The notes under the pieces were generated by a model that saw only the letters and a program-made list of their open reading frames with translations, did no database searches and had not been told where the DNA came from. Of a stretch of 64,000 bases of DNA, positions 1 through 11,911 are shown piece after piece; position 1 is the first letter of the stretch, and each line of letters begins with the position of its first letter. The stretch covers positions 163,243 through 227,242 of the forward strand of contig RHPI01001292.1 of assembly GCA_009103225.1 (NCBI GenBank), written 5' to 3'. The DNA is from Chlorokybus atmophyticus. Taxonomy: Eukaryota; Plantae; Mesostigma and Chlorokybus algae. The position numbers were made by a program, and so were the translations under genes.

Positions 1-195
1 CCCAAAACACACACAAGTGGGCACATACTGTTCGTGTGTGCACGTTTGCCAATCTGCGTCTTCAGCTATGCGCATGCACTCATGTTCAGAAACGCAGTGG
101 CATTCCACACATACGCACCCACATCACCCACACTAAGCACAACACCTCTCTCCTCACCCACCCCCACCCCCACCAACTCCTCTCCTTCCTCTCAG

Positions 196-2535
196 GACCT
201 GAACGGCACCTACATGCGCAACGGTCCCGGCAAGTTCGAGGTCGGTACCGACCGCGTGGTCCACCCTTTCGACGGCGACGGTCTGGTCGCTTCCTTCTCC
301 CTCCAAAACTCCCGCGCTTACTTCCGTTGCCGCTACGTTCGCACGGCCGGTTACGAGGCCGAGCTCGCGGCCGGGAAGGTTCTGTTCCGCAACTCGTTCG
401 GGACGCAACGGAAGGGAGGGTTCGCGGCGAACCTGTTCGATGTGAGTCAGAAGAATGTGGCGAACACTAACGTTGTGGCGTGGGGAGGGAAGTGTCTCGC
501 TTTGTGGGAGGCGATGCAACCGCATGGGTTGGATCCGTATACGCTGGAGACGTATGGGGTGGAGACGCTGGGGGGGATACTGCATGAAGGACTGCCCTTC
601 TCCACGTGAGTGTGGGGTCAACAACACGCACGCGCGTACACATGTACACGTGTGCGTGGGTTTGAGTACGCGTATGCGCTCACATGCATACACACACGCT
701 CAATAGCCTTCTTCATGAAGGCTTGTCTTCTCTCTTGTCTTCTCGTGGTAGTCGCGATACTACATACTCGAACACACATGCACGCACCCACACCCACACC
801 CACACCCGCACATGCACGTCGCTTACAATGTGGTGTGTGTGTGTGTCTCCTTCCAGGGGTGTTGAGTTTCTTGACAAGTACGGCAAGGGTCTCGGTGGCG
901 ACCCTCTCAGCGCCCACCCGCACGTGGACCACGCAACCAACCGCCTCGTGACCTTTGGCAGCAAAGTGAGTGTGAGAGAAAGCATACACACCTTGCATTT
1001 GTCACTATTTGTCACTAACATACACACATACAATTCTGTCTCAGTTTGTGAGCGCGCGCAACCTCACCCACGGCCCCGTCGATACGAACGTGACGTTCTA
1101 CGAGTTCAACGACAAGTTCGGCCTCGCCCACAAGCGCGAGCTGCGCATACCGGGCTTCGCCTTCGCCCACGACTTCTGCTTCACAGAGAACTACTACCTG
1201 CTCTACCAGGTGAGGAGAAGCAGGGAGAGAGAACACCATGTGGGTTTATCCCTCCTCACTGTGTGAGTATGACTATTCTGTACTGACATGTTGGTGTGTG
1301 GGACACAAATCCTCAGGCTCCCGTCCGCTATGACCCGCTGCCCTTTGTCTTCGGGCTCAAAGGCCCCGCAGAGTGCCTGAAATTCCTCCCAAATCGCCCC
1401 TGCAAGGTGAGTGAGTTATTGATATGTTCCTGATGTGTGTATGTGTCTCTGAACGTGTGTGTGGCCTTGTCCAGGTGCATTTGATACCGAGGCCGGACGG
1501 GAAGTACAAGGACAAGGCGCCGATGGTGATCGACGCCGGGTCGTGCTTCGTCTTCCACCACGCCAATGCGTTCGAGCAGGAGGACGGCACCATCATAGTT
1601 GACAGCATCGTTTTGCCCACCCTCAACGACTTTGGGATGGTGAGTGAAACTAGTTGTCAAGGAGTGACCGAGTGTTTTCAGCTGCGCGCATGCATGTTGG
1701 TTGGGCAAAGTGTGTCTGTGTACGTAACCCATCATGATGCCGAGCACGCACGTGCACGTACACACGTGCATGTGTGTGTTTCCGTGCGTGTGTGCGCGTG
1801 CATGTGTCACTGTTCTGACCTCCCTTTGTCTGTGTTTACCAGATAGCGTCATCGGACTACTTGGACATCGACTGGGCGACCGTTCCCGAGAACCGTCTCT
1901 GGCGCCACCGCATCGACGTGAACAAGAAGGAGGTCACAGCCAGGCAGATGAGCAAACGCATCGTGGAGTTCCCCACCATCAACGGTGCCGCATTCGGAAA
2001 GAAACACAGGTACTGAGCCCCAATGAATACCTGCACTAGTGTGCTGGACACACGCACCCACATGCATACACACCCACACGCATACGCGCACGCATCAACT
2101 CCTGTCGTTCTGCACAGATACATCTACTGCGGCGCCTCCAGACACCCAACACGCAACCAACCTTTCGGCACCTGGGTGAAGGTAAGGAGGAGAGCCACAC
2201 CCACACAACACCAACTCCGCTTCATCCCTCTATCTAACAATTCTCTCCCCCCGCAACAGTTTGACGTTGACACCGGCGCCACTTCCGAGTTCTCCCTCGG
2301 CCGCTCTCACTTCTTCCAGGAGCCCGAGTTCGTGTCTCGCGCCAACCCAACCTCCGAAGACGACGGCTGGTTGATGGGACTCGTGTACGATTCGATCGAG
2401 GACAGAACGGACCTGGTCATATTGGACGCGAAGGATATGGAAGCTGGACCCGTTGCCACGTGCCATCTGAAGCATCACGTGCCGTATGGACTGCACGGGA
2501 ACTATGTGGGGGAGTATTATGGACCGGAGCAATGA
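196..2535 (+). CDS. Carotenoid cleavage oxygenase, cyanobacterial ACO (apocarotenoid-15,15'-oxygenase)-like, RPE65 family; 5' end not in window
   Basis: Exons 196-605, 857-965, 1045-1209, 1317-1406, 1475-1639, 1843-2009, 2118-2181, 2260-2535 with GT-AG borders. Motifs RNGPG..HPFDGDG, KNVANTNVV, EPEFV, EDDGWL. All four Fe-ligand His contexts are present (SAHP, FAHDF, FHHAN, GLHG). Confidence 0.93.
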
Positions 2536-2699
2536 AGGGGTGGAGAGCAATGATGGTGGCGGAGACACAATTGCAATTGATGAACATTGCTTGCTGTGTA
2601 CATACTGGGTTGTAGGTGGCGCGTAGGTAGTGGGTAGGGGTGATTGTGGACACATAATAAGTCAGTGACAATGCCTGCGTGCATTTCTGAATGAAAGCG

Positions 2700-3560
2700 C
2701 AGTTGTTGGTGTGATTGCATGCCTCGCAAGTGAGTGGATGTGTGTTCGCGCAACTACGAGAGGTGGTTCCTGAGCAACACTTGCGCGTCCTTATGTAACA
2801 GTGAGGTTGTTACTCTGAGCACACCATGCTGCAGTTCCTCTTGCACAACTTGTACGTGAGGACTGCCGGGGTCGAGCTGGACGGACAGAGCATCGGCATC
2901 CCCATCGAGAAATAGTGCCGGTGCGCATTTAGCCAACGGCTGCTTGTTCACATTTGAGTTGCAGCTTGTGCAGCGCCTGCGACACTTGCAAGACACGGCG
3001 AGGCTAGCGCAGTGTACAAAAGGAGTACTGCGGTACATGGATGACTTAGTTGTGGCCAACATACCAGACTTTGACAAGCTGCTGTACATAGACCCCAACG
3101 CGCCAGGGGGGAGGACCATACCCGAGAGGAGCACTGACAGTGACGTGCACAGCCGCTGCCACAGCTCTACCGGTCTTGGACTGAACGGTCTTCCAAGCGG
3201 CTGACGGCATTTGTACACAGTGGTCCTCGAAACAGGAGCTGCCTGCCTACCACAACATTCCACACCACCGAGCCCTTTCGCCGCAATCCAATGTGCCTCG
3301 AAGCATCAAGCTCGGAGTGGTCGAGTCCCAGTACATACGCTTCACACGCATCTGTACCTATCATGCACACTTCCTGGACGCCATGCAGGAGGAGGGACAT
3401 CCCATAAATAGCATGCTGGCCACGCTAAGGCAGCGCATGCTCAGAGACGCTGGCCACATCTACTGCACACCTCCGGAGCTGCTGTACAAGACGCCGTTTC
3501 GCTCGCTGCAGCAGCATCGACGCACGCTGGCACACGCACCGTATGCGAGCAGATAGGGGC
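2700..3560 (+). mobile_element. Decayed Penelope-like retroelement (reverse transcriptase core and thumb region, pseudogenised, apparently 5'-truncated)
   Basis: Across two frameshifts and one stop: LQFLLHNLYVRTAGVELDGQSIGIP (2829-2903), AHLANGCLFTFE, LRYMDDLVVANIPDF, PYP..L, LPVLD*, SNVPRSIKLGVVESQYIRFTRICT. This order matches PLE RT motifs (FLLDNxY, QxxGIPMG, ANLxLxxYE, RYxDD, SNxP..G..SQ..RxxRIC). Element boundaries are approximate. Confidence 0.82.
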
Positions 3561-4806
3561 GTACGCATCCCCCGCGGCAGCACAGAACAGACGGACTGGA
3601 CACTGAGCATGCGCGGGGAGCAGGCTGTATGGTGTTGCAACTTGCCCGTGCCAAAGGCATAAGCACCCAACCCCACCACCCAACCCCACCAGCAGCCTCT
3701 GACTGCCAACACCACCACTACCACCCTGCACTGTGCGGTGCGGTGCTGACGTTGGCACTTCACCGCAAGGATTGGGGTAGAGTAGAGCGGCCAAGGAAGC
3801 AGCATGAGCTGCAGAGCGAAGAGAGTGGCGGGAGAGCGGGAGAGCAGGAGGGAGGGAGTCGTCGTGTGTGCTGTGGACTTGCTTGCCGTTGACACCACCG
3901 ACTAACAGCAGCCCATGTGGGCAGGTAATGACACTAGTGGGCATGTGCATGCATGTCTAACGGGAAAGGCTAGTTGGTGTAGAGTAGCGAAGTAGCATAG
4001 CCTGGTGGTAACAACGGTGATATATACCACCGTACCATACCCCTTATATATACTAGTGCGAGTGAAATGCTTGAGAAATGTGCATATTGCATGCGTGTGC
4101 ACAACAGCACGTCATATATATCCTGCACACTAAGTGCTCGCTACGCGCTACACGACTATGCCTACCAATGCAATAGTAACTAACGAGCCGCGCACAGGTA
4201 TTGTTGCCTAGTCTGTCCTGGTGTGACTACTCGACGCACGCTTGCATGCATGTGCTCGAATGTGTTGGGCAGTGCTCCTTGCGTGTCCGGTTCTGCAACT
4301 CAGGTGTCTTGTGATGTCTGGTTACTGAGTTACATTAGTCTCAAATGGTCTTTTGCTATTGTATGGATCACATCACTCCGCAGCATAATTATATTGGTTG
4401 CATTTGCTATGCCACCTTAGTGCCTAATGCTGGCTTGCTTGTGCATCACAACAGCATCTGGTCTACTAATGACCTGTTGCCTAGAAGAGGCGTTCCGTGC
4501 CCTGGCATATGTACAAGGACACCTGTGTGCTACAAGCTGCCTGTTGTCACAGCAGAAGATGCATCGATGGCATCAAAGGACACTTCTGACACTGCAGGCC
4601 ATCCTATCTAATCGAGCTGTGATGCATGCATCTGTGTGGGTATCACTGCCATCGCCTTGCCCGCAGTGAACGTGTGTACAACCACCTCCCAAACAAGTGA
4701 TGGTGTGGTGTGCATGTACCCAATTCCGCAGGCAGGTGCTGCAAAATAATACCAACCACCTAACAAAATCATGTGGGCTTATGGTCCAACCTGTGAATCT
4801 TTGTCA

Positions 4807-6679
4807 CTACTGTTTTCGCTTGGCCTTTTCTTCAATCCCCGACTGTGCAAAGCGCTCCCGCAGCTTCGCCAAAACAGACTCCATGGTGACACCCTGGATG
4901 GATCACGTTCACATAGCATTCCCGACACTAAACCAATGCACACACAGGTGCACGCACACAGAGAAATGCACGTGTGCACATACACACCCTCGCGCACATG
5001 CGCATGTGTGGACACACAAGGTGCGTAACAACAAATGGTTTTATATTGCAAGGGATTAGCAACTGACCTGCAAGGAGAGCAGCACCATGGAGTGGTACAG
5101 CAAGTCCGCTGCTTCGGACGCGGCTCGGTCCGACCCTTCATCCTTCTCAAGCGTCTCACACAACTCCCCGGCCTCTTCCCGTATCTACACAACAAAAGCC
5201 ACACACACACCTCATGACTCCCCTTCCAGCACATGAGAATGCAGTGCCACACCAACACACACTCACCTTTGAGCAAAGCAGAGTGGGGTTCTGCAACAGC
5301 TTCTTTGTCCAGCTTGGCTTCTTGCCCTCAACAGCCTCCTCGTCTCTCCTGGACGCTATCGTGTCTTCGAGCGCGTACAACGTGGTGCGGAGTTGCGTTG
5401 GCTCAGCTGCTTCGTGAGTTGATGTTGTTGTTGATGATGGTGAGGATGTTGAAGTGGAGGCGAGGGCGGCCACCTCGGCATCAGCACGCACGAAGAAGCA
5501 AGTGTCTTCGCCCGTGTGACAAGAAGGACCGTCCGGCAACCTGTGTGTGGCCATGTATCAAGTTTGACAACAGCACTTGTACTTCATGTGTGTGTTGGAC
5601 AGTGCAGGCTGCTGTTGAGGCCAGCGGTGTTGCACCATGCATGGCATGGCGTATACATCAGTAACTCAATCGCAATTGACAAATGAACTTTTGTTTACCA
5701 ATGCACACTATTTGGACTCTTGCAAGAGCTGGCGAACAAATTGAATCCAAACCAACGTTACTCATGACCAACAAGTACGCGCTGCGCACGCATGTCCTCA
5801 CCCCAGGTACACGATGCAGTCCCTGTCGCAGTCCACATACACTTCCGTGACGTTGATGAAGTTGTCCGACGTCTCCCCTTTGGTCCAGAGGGACGCGCGA
5901 GATCGGGACCAGAAGGTGGCGCGGCGGGAGGAGAGGGTAGCGGAGACAGCCGACTTGTTGGCGAACGCCTGCAGATGATGTCGTGATAATGTGCATAAGC
6001 TGTGATGGAGATGATGACACGCTTTATGCTTCTTGCACGACAGACGAGACAAGCAGGAGTAATGTGTGCCAGTGTTCTATAAGGCGTGTACTTGGCAATG
6101 CAGTGCACTGCTTATGCCTTTGTGTGTTATGTGTTGTATGTAAGTACCATGCATTGGTGCTGTGATGAACAAGTGACTACGACCATCGACAACAATGCAT
6201 GCATGTAATCCCTAATCAACTGCTGTTGCCTTTACTATACAACGTGAGATAGGGTACCTTGAAATACAAGCTCAGCAATGGTATGCATGTACGCATGCGT
6301 GCATGGCATTGCTGCGCACCTGCATGAGTATAGCGCCAGTATCCACATGCTGCGCGATGGCCACCACGAGGCCATCCTTGTTGAACTTGAGGCTGTTCAG
6401 GAAGTCCGCAACGCCAGGGACGCTGTCGTCCGACTGCGCTCTGCCGGCAGGCACGGCGGCCGCCTTCTCCGCCTGAGCCTGGGCATGAGCCTGAGCCTGA
6501 GCCTGCACGCAGATCCGAACCCTGCCGAAGGCAGCAACCCGCCCGGCATTAGCGCCACCAACACAGCGCTGGGGTAAATCCCTCAACCTGCGCTCAGCAG
6601 CAACATGGCCTACCCCACGCTGACCCCCTAGCACCCCTCCAGCCACGCCCACCACCGCCGCCGCCGCCGCCGCCGCCAT
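4807..6679 (-). CDS. HISN2: Bifunctional phosphoribosyl-AMP cyclohydrolase / phosphoribosyl-ATP pyrophosphohydrolase (HisIE), plastid-targeted
   Basis: Ala/Arg-rich presequence, then LKFNKDGLVVAIAQHVDTGAILMQ|AFAN..TFWSRSR.SLWTKGETS..DCDRDC..G|LPDGPSCHTG..TCFF, LYALEDTIASRR, SWTKKLL, IREEAGELC..SEAADLLYHSMVLL, LAKLRERFAQSGIEEK. Five exons. Confidence 0.95.
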
Positions 6680-6987
6680 TGCCGCGGCGGTGTCAACGCA
6701 CTGTATGTTATGTTTACAGATTCTTCATGCATAGTCATGACGCAAGTCCCAAACAGACGTCGTTTGCGATTCCAGATGCGAAAGGATCTCTGTTGCACTT
6801 GACCCAGGACTTGCTGCCTCCTCCTCTTCTGTGCTGCCACGTCAGTCTTATGCGGGCGGCGGTGCGACACGTGGCAGCTGCTGTGAGACATTGGCCTCCT
6901 CCACCTCCAGCGGCGGCGGCGGCGGCGGTTGCGGTGCGCGGGCTATCCGAGCACGTGTCGACAAGGAGCGCAGCCAGCAGTAGCAGC

Positions 6988-8853
6988 ATGGGGCAAGTGT
7001 TTGGGACGCTGGGGAGTATTGCAGGCGTGATTGGCGTAGAAACACCCAAGTACGAGAGGGTCTTTCTTGTGTTGTGTCTTGTGTGCATGTTGATGTGAAC
7101 CTCTCTATGTGTCAGTGTTCATGTCCAGCGTGTCTTGCATGCACGCTGCAGCAGTTTGTGTTGCATGCAAGTCACACACTGAGTTTGCATCACGTGTTAC
7201 ACAAGTTCAGTACATCACGTGATGCAAACATGCGGGGCACACACTGACTATTGTTAAAACTACGCTGCTGTTTGCATGTGCACACGAAATGTTGCCATGC
7301 TGTTTTGACTAAACGGTCGTTGGCACTAAACCGCACTGAACTACACCAGGAGAGAGTTCAATGTGTAGAGTATGTCAGGCGTATGAGTTGTTGTACCTGT
7401 GTCGGACAGCTATTTGCACACGTAGTCAGTTTGGTTTCAGATGCAACACTGCAACATGCATCCACATGTGCACACGCATGCACGCGCGCACGCACGCACG
7501 CACGCTTACACTCAGATGCCCCGCAACACACACGTGCCTGTGTGCAAGCGCACACGCGCGCACGTAGCAGTCACAACACTAGTGAAGAAATACTGCAATA
7601 CATCCACACAAAACGCACGCACGCACGCACGCACACGCGCATGTATGCACGCACGGCCACCGTGCATGCATGTGCGCAAGTGCGGCAGCATGGCCGTTGT
7701 TGCCATCGTGCATGTAATGTTGTTCATGCAGGTATGAGGTAGTGAAGAAGGCTGCCGACTACGAAATCCGGCAGTACCCCCCGTGCGTCGTGGCCGAGGT
7801 GTCGTATGGAGGTACGCGTATGTACTGTACCTGTCTGTGACTTGTGTGCCTGGAAAGAGGACGTGTCACACGCACGCGCACGCATGCTTAGACAGACACA
7901 CATGTGTGTGCACAGAACTTTGCACACATGCACGTGTTTGCACGCACGCGTGCACGCACAGACACCCACCCATGCTTGCACGCACACAAGCAAACGCTGC
8001 ATGTAACAGTGTCGTACGCACAACTCTTTTTCCAACATGCAATAGGCAAGCGCACGGACGGTCGTGCGGGTTTCATGCCCCTGGCCAAGTACATCGGCGC
8101 TCTCGGTGCCGCCGACAACGAACCCGCCAGCAAGCTTGCCATGACCGCACCCGTCCTCACATCCTCCAACAAACAGGTCTGATATGGGATGACATTGGTA
8201 AGTGTTGTTTCTACTAAACCAAACTGGTGTTGTCGTATCAGGGTGGGGAAAAGATCGCGATGACTGCGCCTGTTATTACGCAAGGAGGGGGAGGAGGGAG
8301 TAGTGGGGATGGTGGGGATGCAGCAAGCAATGTGATGCAGTTCGTGCTGCCGTCGAAGATTACGAGCGCAGCGTTGGCACCGAAACCCACCAATCCCAAC
8401 GTAAGTGCAACACGGTTTGATGGATGCGGATGCGCCTGCATACTGAGTGCGCAGACCAACGCATACGTGAGCTCTTGCATGCGTGTGCACACACGCACTC
8501 ACCCATGCCCCAACTTAGCATGCGCACAACAACAGGTCCGAGTACTGGACATGCCCGGCCGCAAGGTCGCCGTCACCACCTTCTCCGGCTGGGTCAATGA
8601 GAAAGGTACTTGCACCCACTCATACTCTCACCCCCACCCCCATCCCACCCCACCCCACCCCACCCCACCCCAACTCAACCCACTGTCATTCTTTCTCCCA
8701 GTGGAGGCCGAGCGTGCCGCACGACTGAAGGCAGCCCTGGCCCGCGACGGCGTGAAGGCGAAGGAGGGCAGCGATGCGAAGCTCGCGCAGTACAACCCGC
8801 CGTGGACGTTGGGACCGCTCCGCACGAACGAGGTGATGGTCGAAGTGGAGTGA
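6988..8853 (+). CDS. SOUL/HBP family heme-binding protein; an in-frame upstream ATG at 6850 could add a presequence
   Basis: MGQVFG..ETPK|YEVVKKAADYEIRQYP..VAEV, GFMPLAKYIG, KIAMTAPVIT, MQFVLPSK, APKPTNPNV, VTTFSGW, AQYNPPWTLGPLRTNEVMVEVE. Confidence 0.93.
7441..7700. repeat. Alternating purine-pyrimidine (CA/GCAC/CG) microsatellite-rich tract inside SOUL intron 1 (7050-7731)
   Basis: Runs such as cacgcacgcacgcacgc and cacacgcgcacg. Similar tracts fill introns throughout 600-13000 and 31527-31879. Confidence 0.85.
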
Positions 8854-9218
8854 TTGTCAGTGTTGTTGCTTAGGTGCCTAGGTGGGCTTTGAAGAGAGTG
8901 TTGTTGTAACACTGTTGGCAAGACACCCGTCGTGTACAAAGTTTAGGTTAGGTTGGTAGTTTTGTGGTTACTTTCTTGCTTACAGTATGTGAAGCAATAT
9001 CTGTACTATCGGTACAGAGCATGTATTGGGCAATGTCATACCAGCTGTAACACCATCAAAACAATGCCTGCGGTGCACACCAAACCCGCATGAATGCTTC
9101 AACACACATAGGTGTGGTATATATGTTTGTTCACAACGGAACCAAACCAAACCGCGTCCACTGGCCAACCATGATAACAATAGTTTGCAACAACTAGCAA
9201 CGCTGCACGTCTTGTCGT

Positions 9219-11077
9219 TTACGCAAAGTCGCGGACGTGACCCTCCCACATCTCGACCGTCTCCACGGGGATGTTTCGCCCGCGAACAGAAGTGTTCTTC
9301 TCCCTCGCAATGTGCGCGAAGATGCGACCAAACCTGTGTGCAGTTGCATTGCATTGTGTGATGACCTTGATGACGACAACGTTGGGAAAGACATACTTGT
9401 GCGCATGTGTGCATGTGCTTATACGTGTGCGCACAGGTACGTGCTGGCGCTTGCACACAATGTGCGTGTGCGCGTGCAATGTCTGTGCAAGCGTGTGTTT
9501 ATGTGTGCGCGCATGTCTGCGTGTGCATGTGTGTGCGTGTCGCGCTGCAGGGCGACATACTTGCTGTTGGGGACGGTGCCTTCTGGTTTGGGTTCTGGCA
9601 GCTTGTTGAACGTGTCGTCGTCCTCGATGCGGATGTAGATGAACAGGTTGTTGACGCGCATCTTGAAGTCCTTGCTCTCGGCCATCACGGTCTGAGCAAA
9701 CCCGTACAGCGCGTTCGCGCAAATACCTGCATAATACTTGGCATTGTTTCAACATGCCAACACTCGCATTTCATCACGCATTCAACAAACACTCGTGAAG
9801 TGAAACAATCATCAAAGGTTCATTAGTCCACTCACCCACCCAATGATTCACTCTCACACTCATTGACTCACCCTCTTGTGCACGCACGCACTCGAGCACA
9901 GATGCACACAGCCACACACTCCTACTCTTGCATGCAGCGAGCGAGTGGGTGAGTGAGTGAACGAGTGTGTGGCACATTACCGGTGACGCCTGAGTTGGGG
10001 TTGTGGAATGTGGAGCCAGTGATGAAAGTGTACGACGCGCCCTCGCGATCCTTCATCACGGGCACGATCGTGCGCCAAGCGAGGAAATGTGACTCGTAGT
10101 TGGCAAGATGCGCCTCGCGCCACCTCTCCCACGACGTCTGTACACAAAAAGATAACACACCTAAGCCAACTTGGTCGCAACTCATCACAACAACGACAAC
10201 GACATGTATACACGCGCGCACGCACACCCCCACGTGCGTGCATACCCACACGCGTGCACGTGCACACGCGCGCGCATACACACATACATACACATGTGTA
10301 CCTCGTGCAGAGGAGGTGTGGATTGCCATGGTCCCATTGATGAAGTAACAGCATCAATGCGTCCTAGCTTGGACATCGCATAGTCGCGCACCTGCAATCC
10401 ACAAAACCACATTAACTCCACCACACCCAACACGCGTGTATGTGTTCTCACCCTCTCTTGTATCACGCACGCGTACTCACCCTCTCAATGCCAGATTGGG
10501 TGGAGATGTCCTCCACGATGGCGTGCAGGGAGTTGTCGTCGGAGGGGAGGTCCGAACCGAGCTGAGCCTTGAGCTTCTCGACGGAGTGCTGAGAGCGAGA
10601 AGGCGCCACCACAATGTACTGTGGCATTGGGAGTGTGAGTGAGTGTGAGTGAGTGTGTGTAGGCAGAGTTGTAGAGAATGCACGGTGTGTATGTATGTGT
10701 GTGTCATGGTCAGCGCGGACTATATACATTTGTGTAACGGGGCATGCATTGTCGCTACATGCATGCGGTATGCAGACCACATGTAGACATGTTCAGCTGC
10801 TGCTTGATGGAACTTGGCTCTGGTTTGCATGCTTGCGCCAGTGCGTGTGTTGCATCACTGGGTGTATGGCATTCATGTTGTAATGTTGGTGCGATGTTGT
10901 AGTGTACATTACGCATGTGAGAGAAAGACAGAAAGCGTGCATTGCTCATTGGGCAATGCACAAGCTTGACGCGTAACTAAAGCTCCCCACCTTGTCCTGC
11001 AGGAAAGCCCTGACTGCGCCGGCGCCGATGTTGCCAGTGGCCCCAAGAACCAGCGCCACCCGCCTGTCCGACGCCAT
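9219..11077 (-). CDS. Atypical short-chain dehydrogenase/reductase (Rossmann fold), paralogue A
   Basis: VALVLGATGNIGAGAVRAFL (GxxGxxG), GRIDAVTSSMG, SYTFITG, MRVNNL. Exons align one-to-one with the gene at 11912-13368. No YxxxK seen. Confidence 0.85.
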
Positions 11078-11911
11078 GGTTGAACACCTCCTCCTTCGCC
11101 GCCGCAGCCTCCTTCTCCTTGTCCTACTGATCCGTCACCTCACTCTTGCCAGCAAGCTAACGTTATTCCTTCACCCCGTGTAGGCTCTTGTTGCGCACAT
11201 CTCCACTAACTAACATTAGCGTCAATGGCGAAAACCGCCTGGTTGCCGTATAATATGTACGGTGTCACACCTTTTGCTACAATGCAAAGTATCGGTTAGG
11301 ATCTCCGAAACAGCCGGTAGTCGCTTCGGCTTAGCGGGGAAGCGCCCGGTGGCTAACGGATGAAGTGCTTCTGCAGCCGGACGTACCGGTCGGGAAGCTC
11401 CCTTCAGGCGTTACGATCTCGAAGATTCAACTCCTGAAACGGGACATTATCCCAAGCAGTCAAAAAGGAGCCTGTTCTGCCGCCAGCTCAAAGACCGAGG
11501 CTGGTTCGACCCGTGTGCAATTTTGAGCTTGCAGCTTCCGGCCAGTTTACCGCTGTGAGTCTCCTGCGAGCGGGTGAAGTCGTTGACATGACCGGCCGGA
11601 GTTGAGACCTCACCCTGGCTGGTAGGTCGCAATTGCCGGCCCAATCCAGCGACAAATGACGCTGTGCGAGGCTACGTCGTCGTCATCAGGCGGGAAAAGC
11701 ACAAAAAGGCGTCGCAGTGGATTGGATCTAGGTTGAGAGATTCCGCCCGGTGTGCTTGGGAGCCGGATCGACCGACCGGGTTGAGCCAAGTTGTTACGCA
11801 GCAGTCTGATGCGTGCATGCCGCTGACGACACTGTTCTGGTCATCGGCATTGTTGTCGTTGTTGTTGTTGGCGGCGGCGGCGGCGGCCTGGGGGAGTGAC
11901 GTGGCCTCATC

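Noticed and set aside
3425-3950. Minus-strand ORFs of 157 and 169 aa downstream of the retroelement remnant
   Set aside because: No domain similarity or splice-supported model. Probably TE 3' sequence or UTR.
4013-4060. Short hairpin (acggtg..caccgt) followed by CTAG-T, Helitron 3'-end-like
   Set aside because: The 6-bp stem is expected by chance, the spacing is atypical and no matching 5' TC end or Rep/helicase remnant was seen.
7251-7742. ORF-track peptides rich in HT/CV/RA or YI repeats (also 14461-14958, 31542-31787)
   Set aside because: Translations of intronic microsatellites or N gaps, not proteins.
11495-11520. GGTTCGACCC resembling a tRNA T-loop/Pol III B-box in the SDR spacer
   Set aside because: Flanks do not pair into a T-stem, and no cloverleaf or A-box at proper spacing is present. 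RNase P/MRP, SRP and telomerase-template motifs were also not recognisable in 11230-11780.
11670-11695. CTGATGA (hammerhead core) on the minus strand
   Set aside because: No downstream GAAA or stems II/III. No hammerhead core was found in or beside the Penelope-like remnant either.
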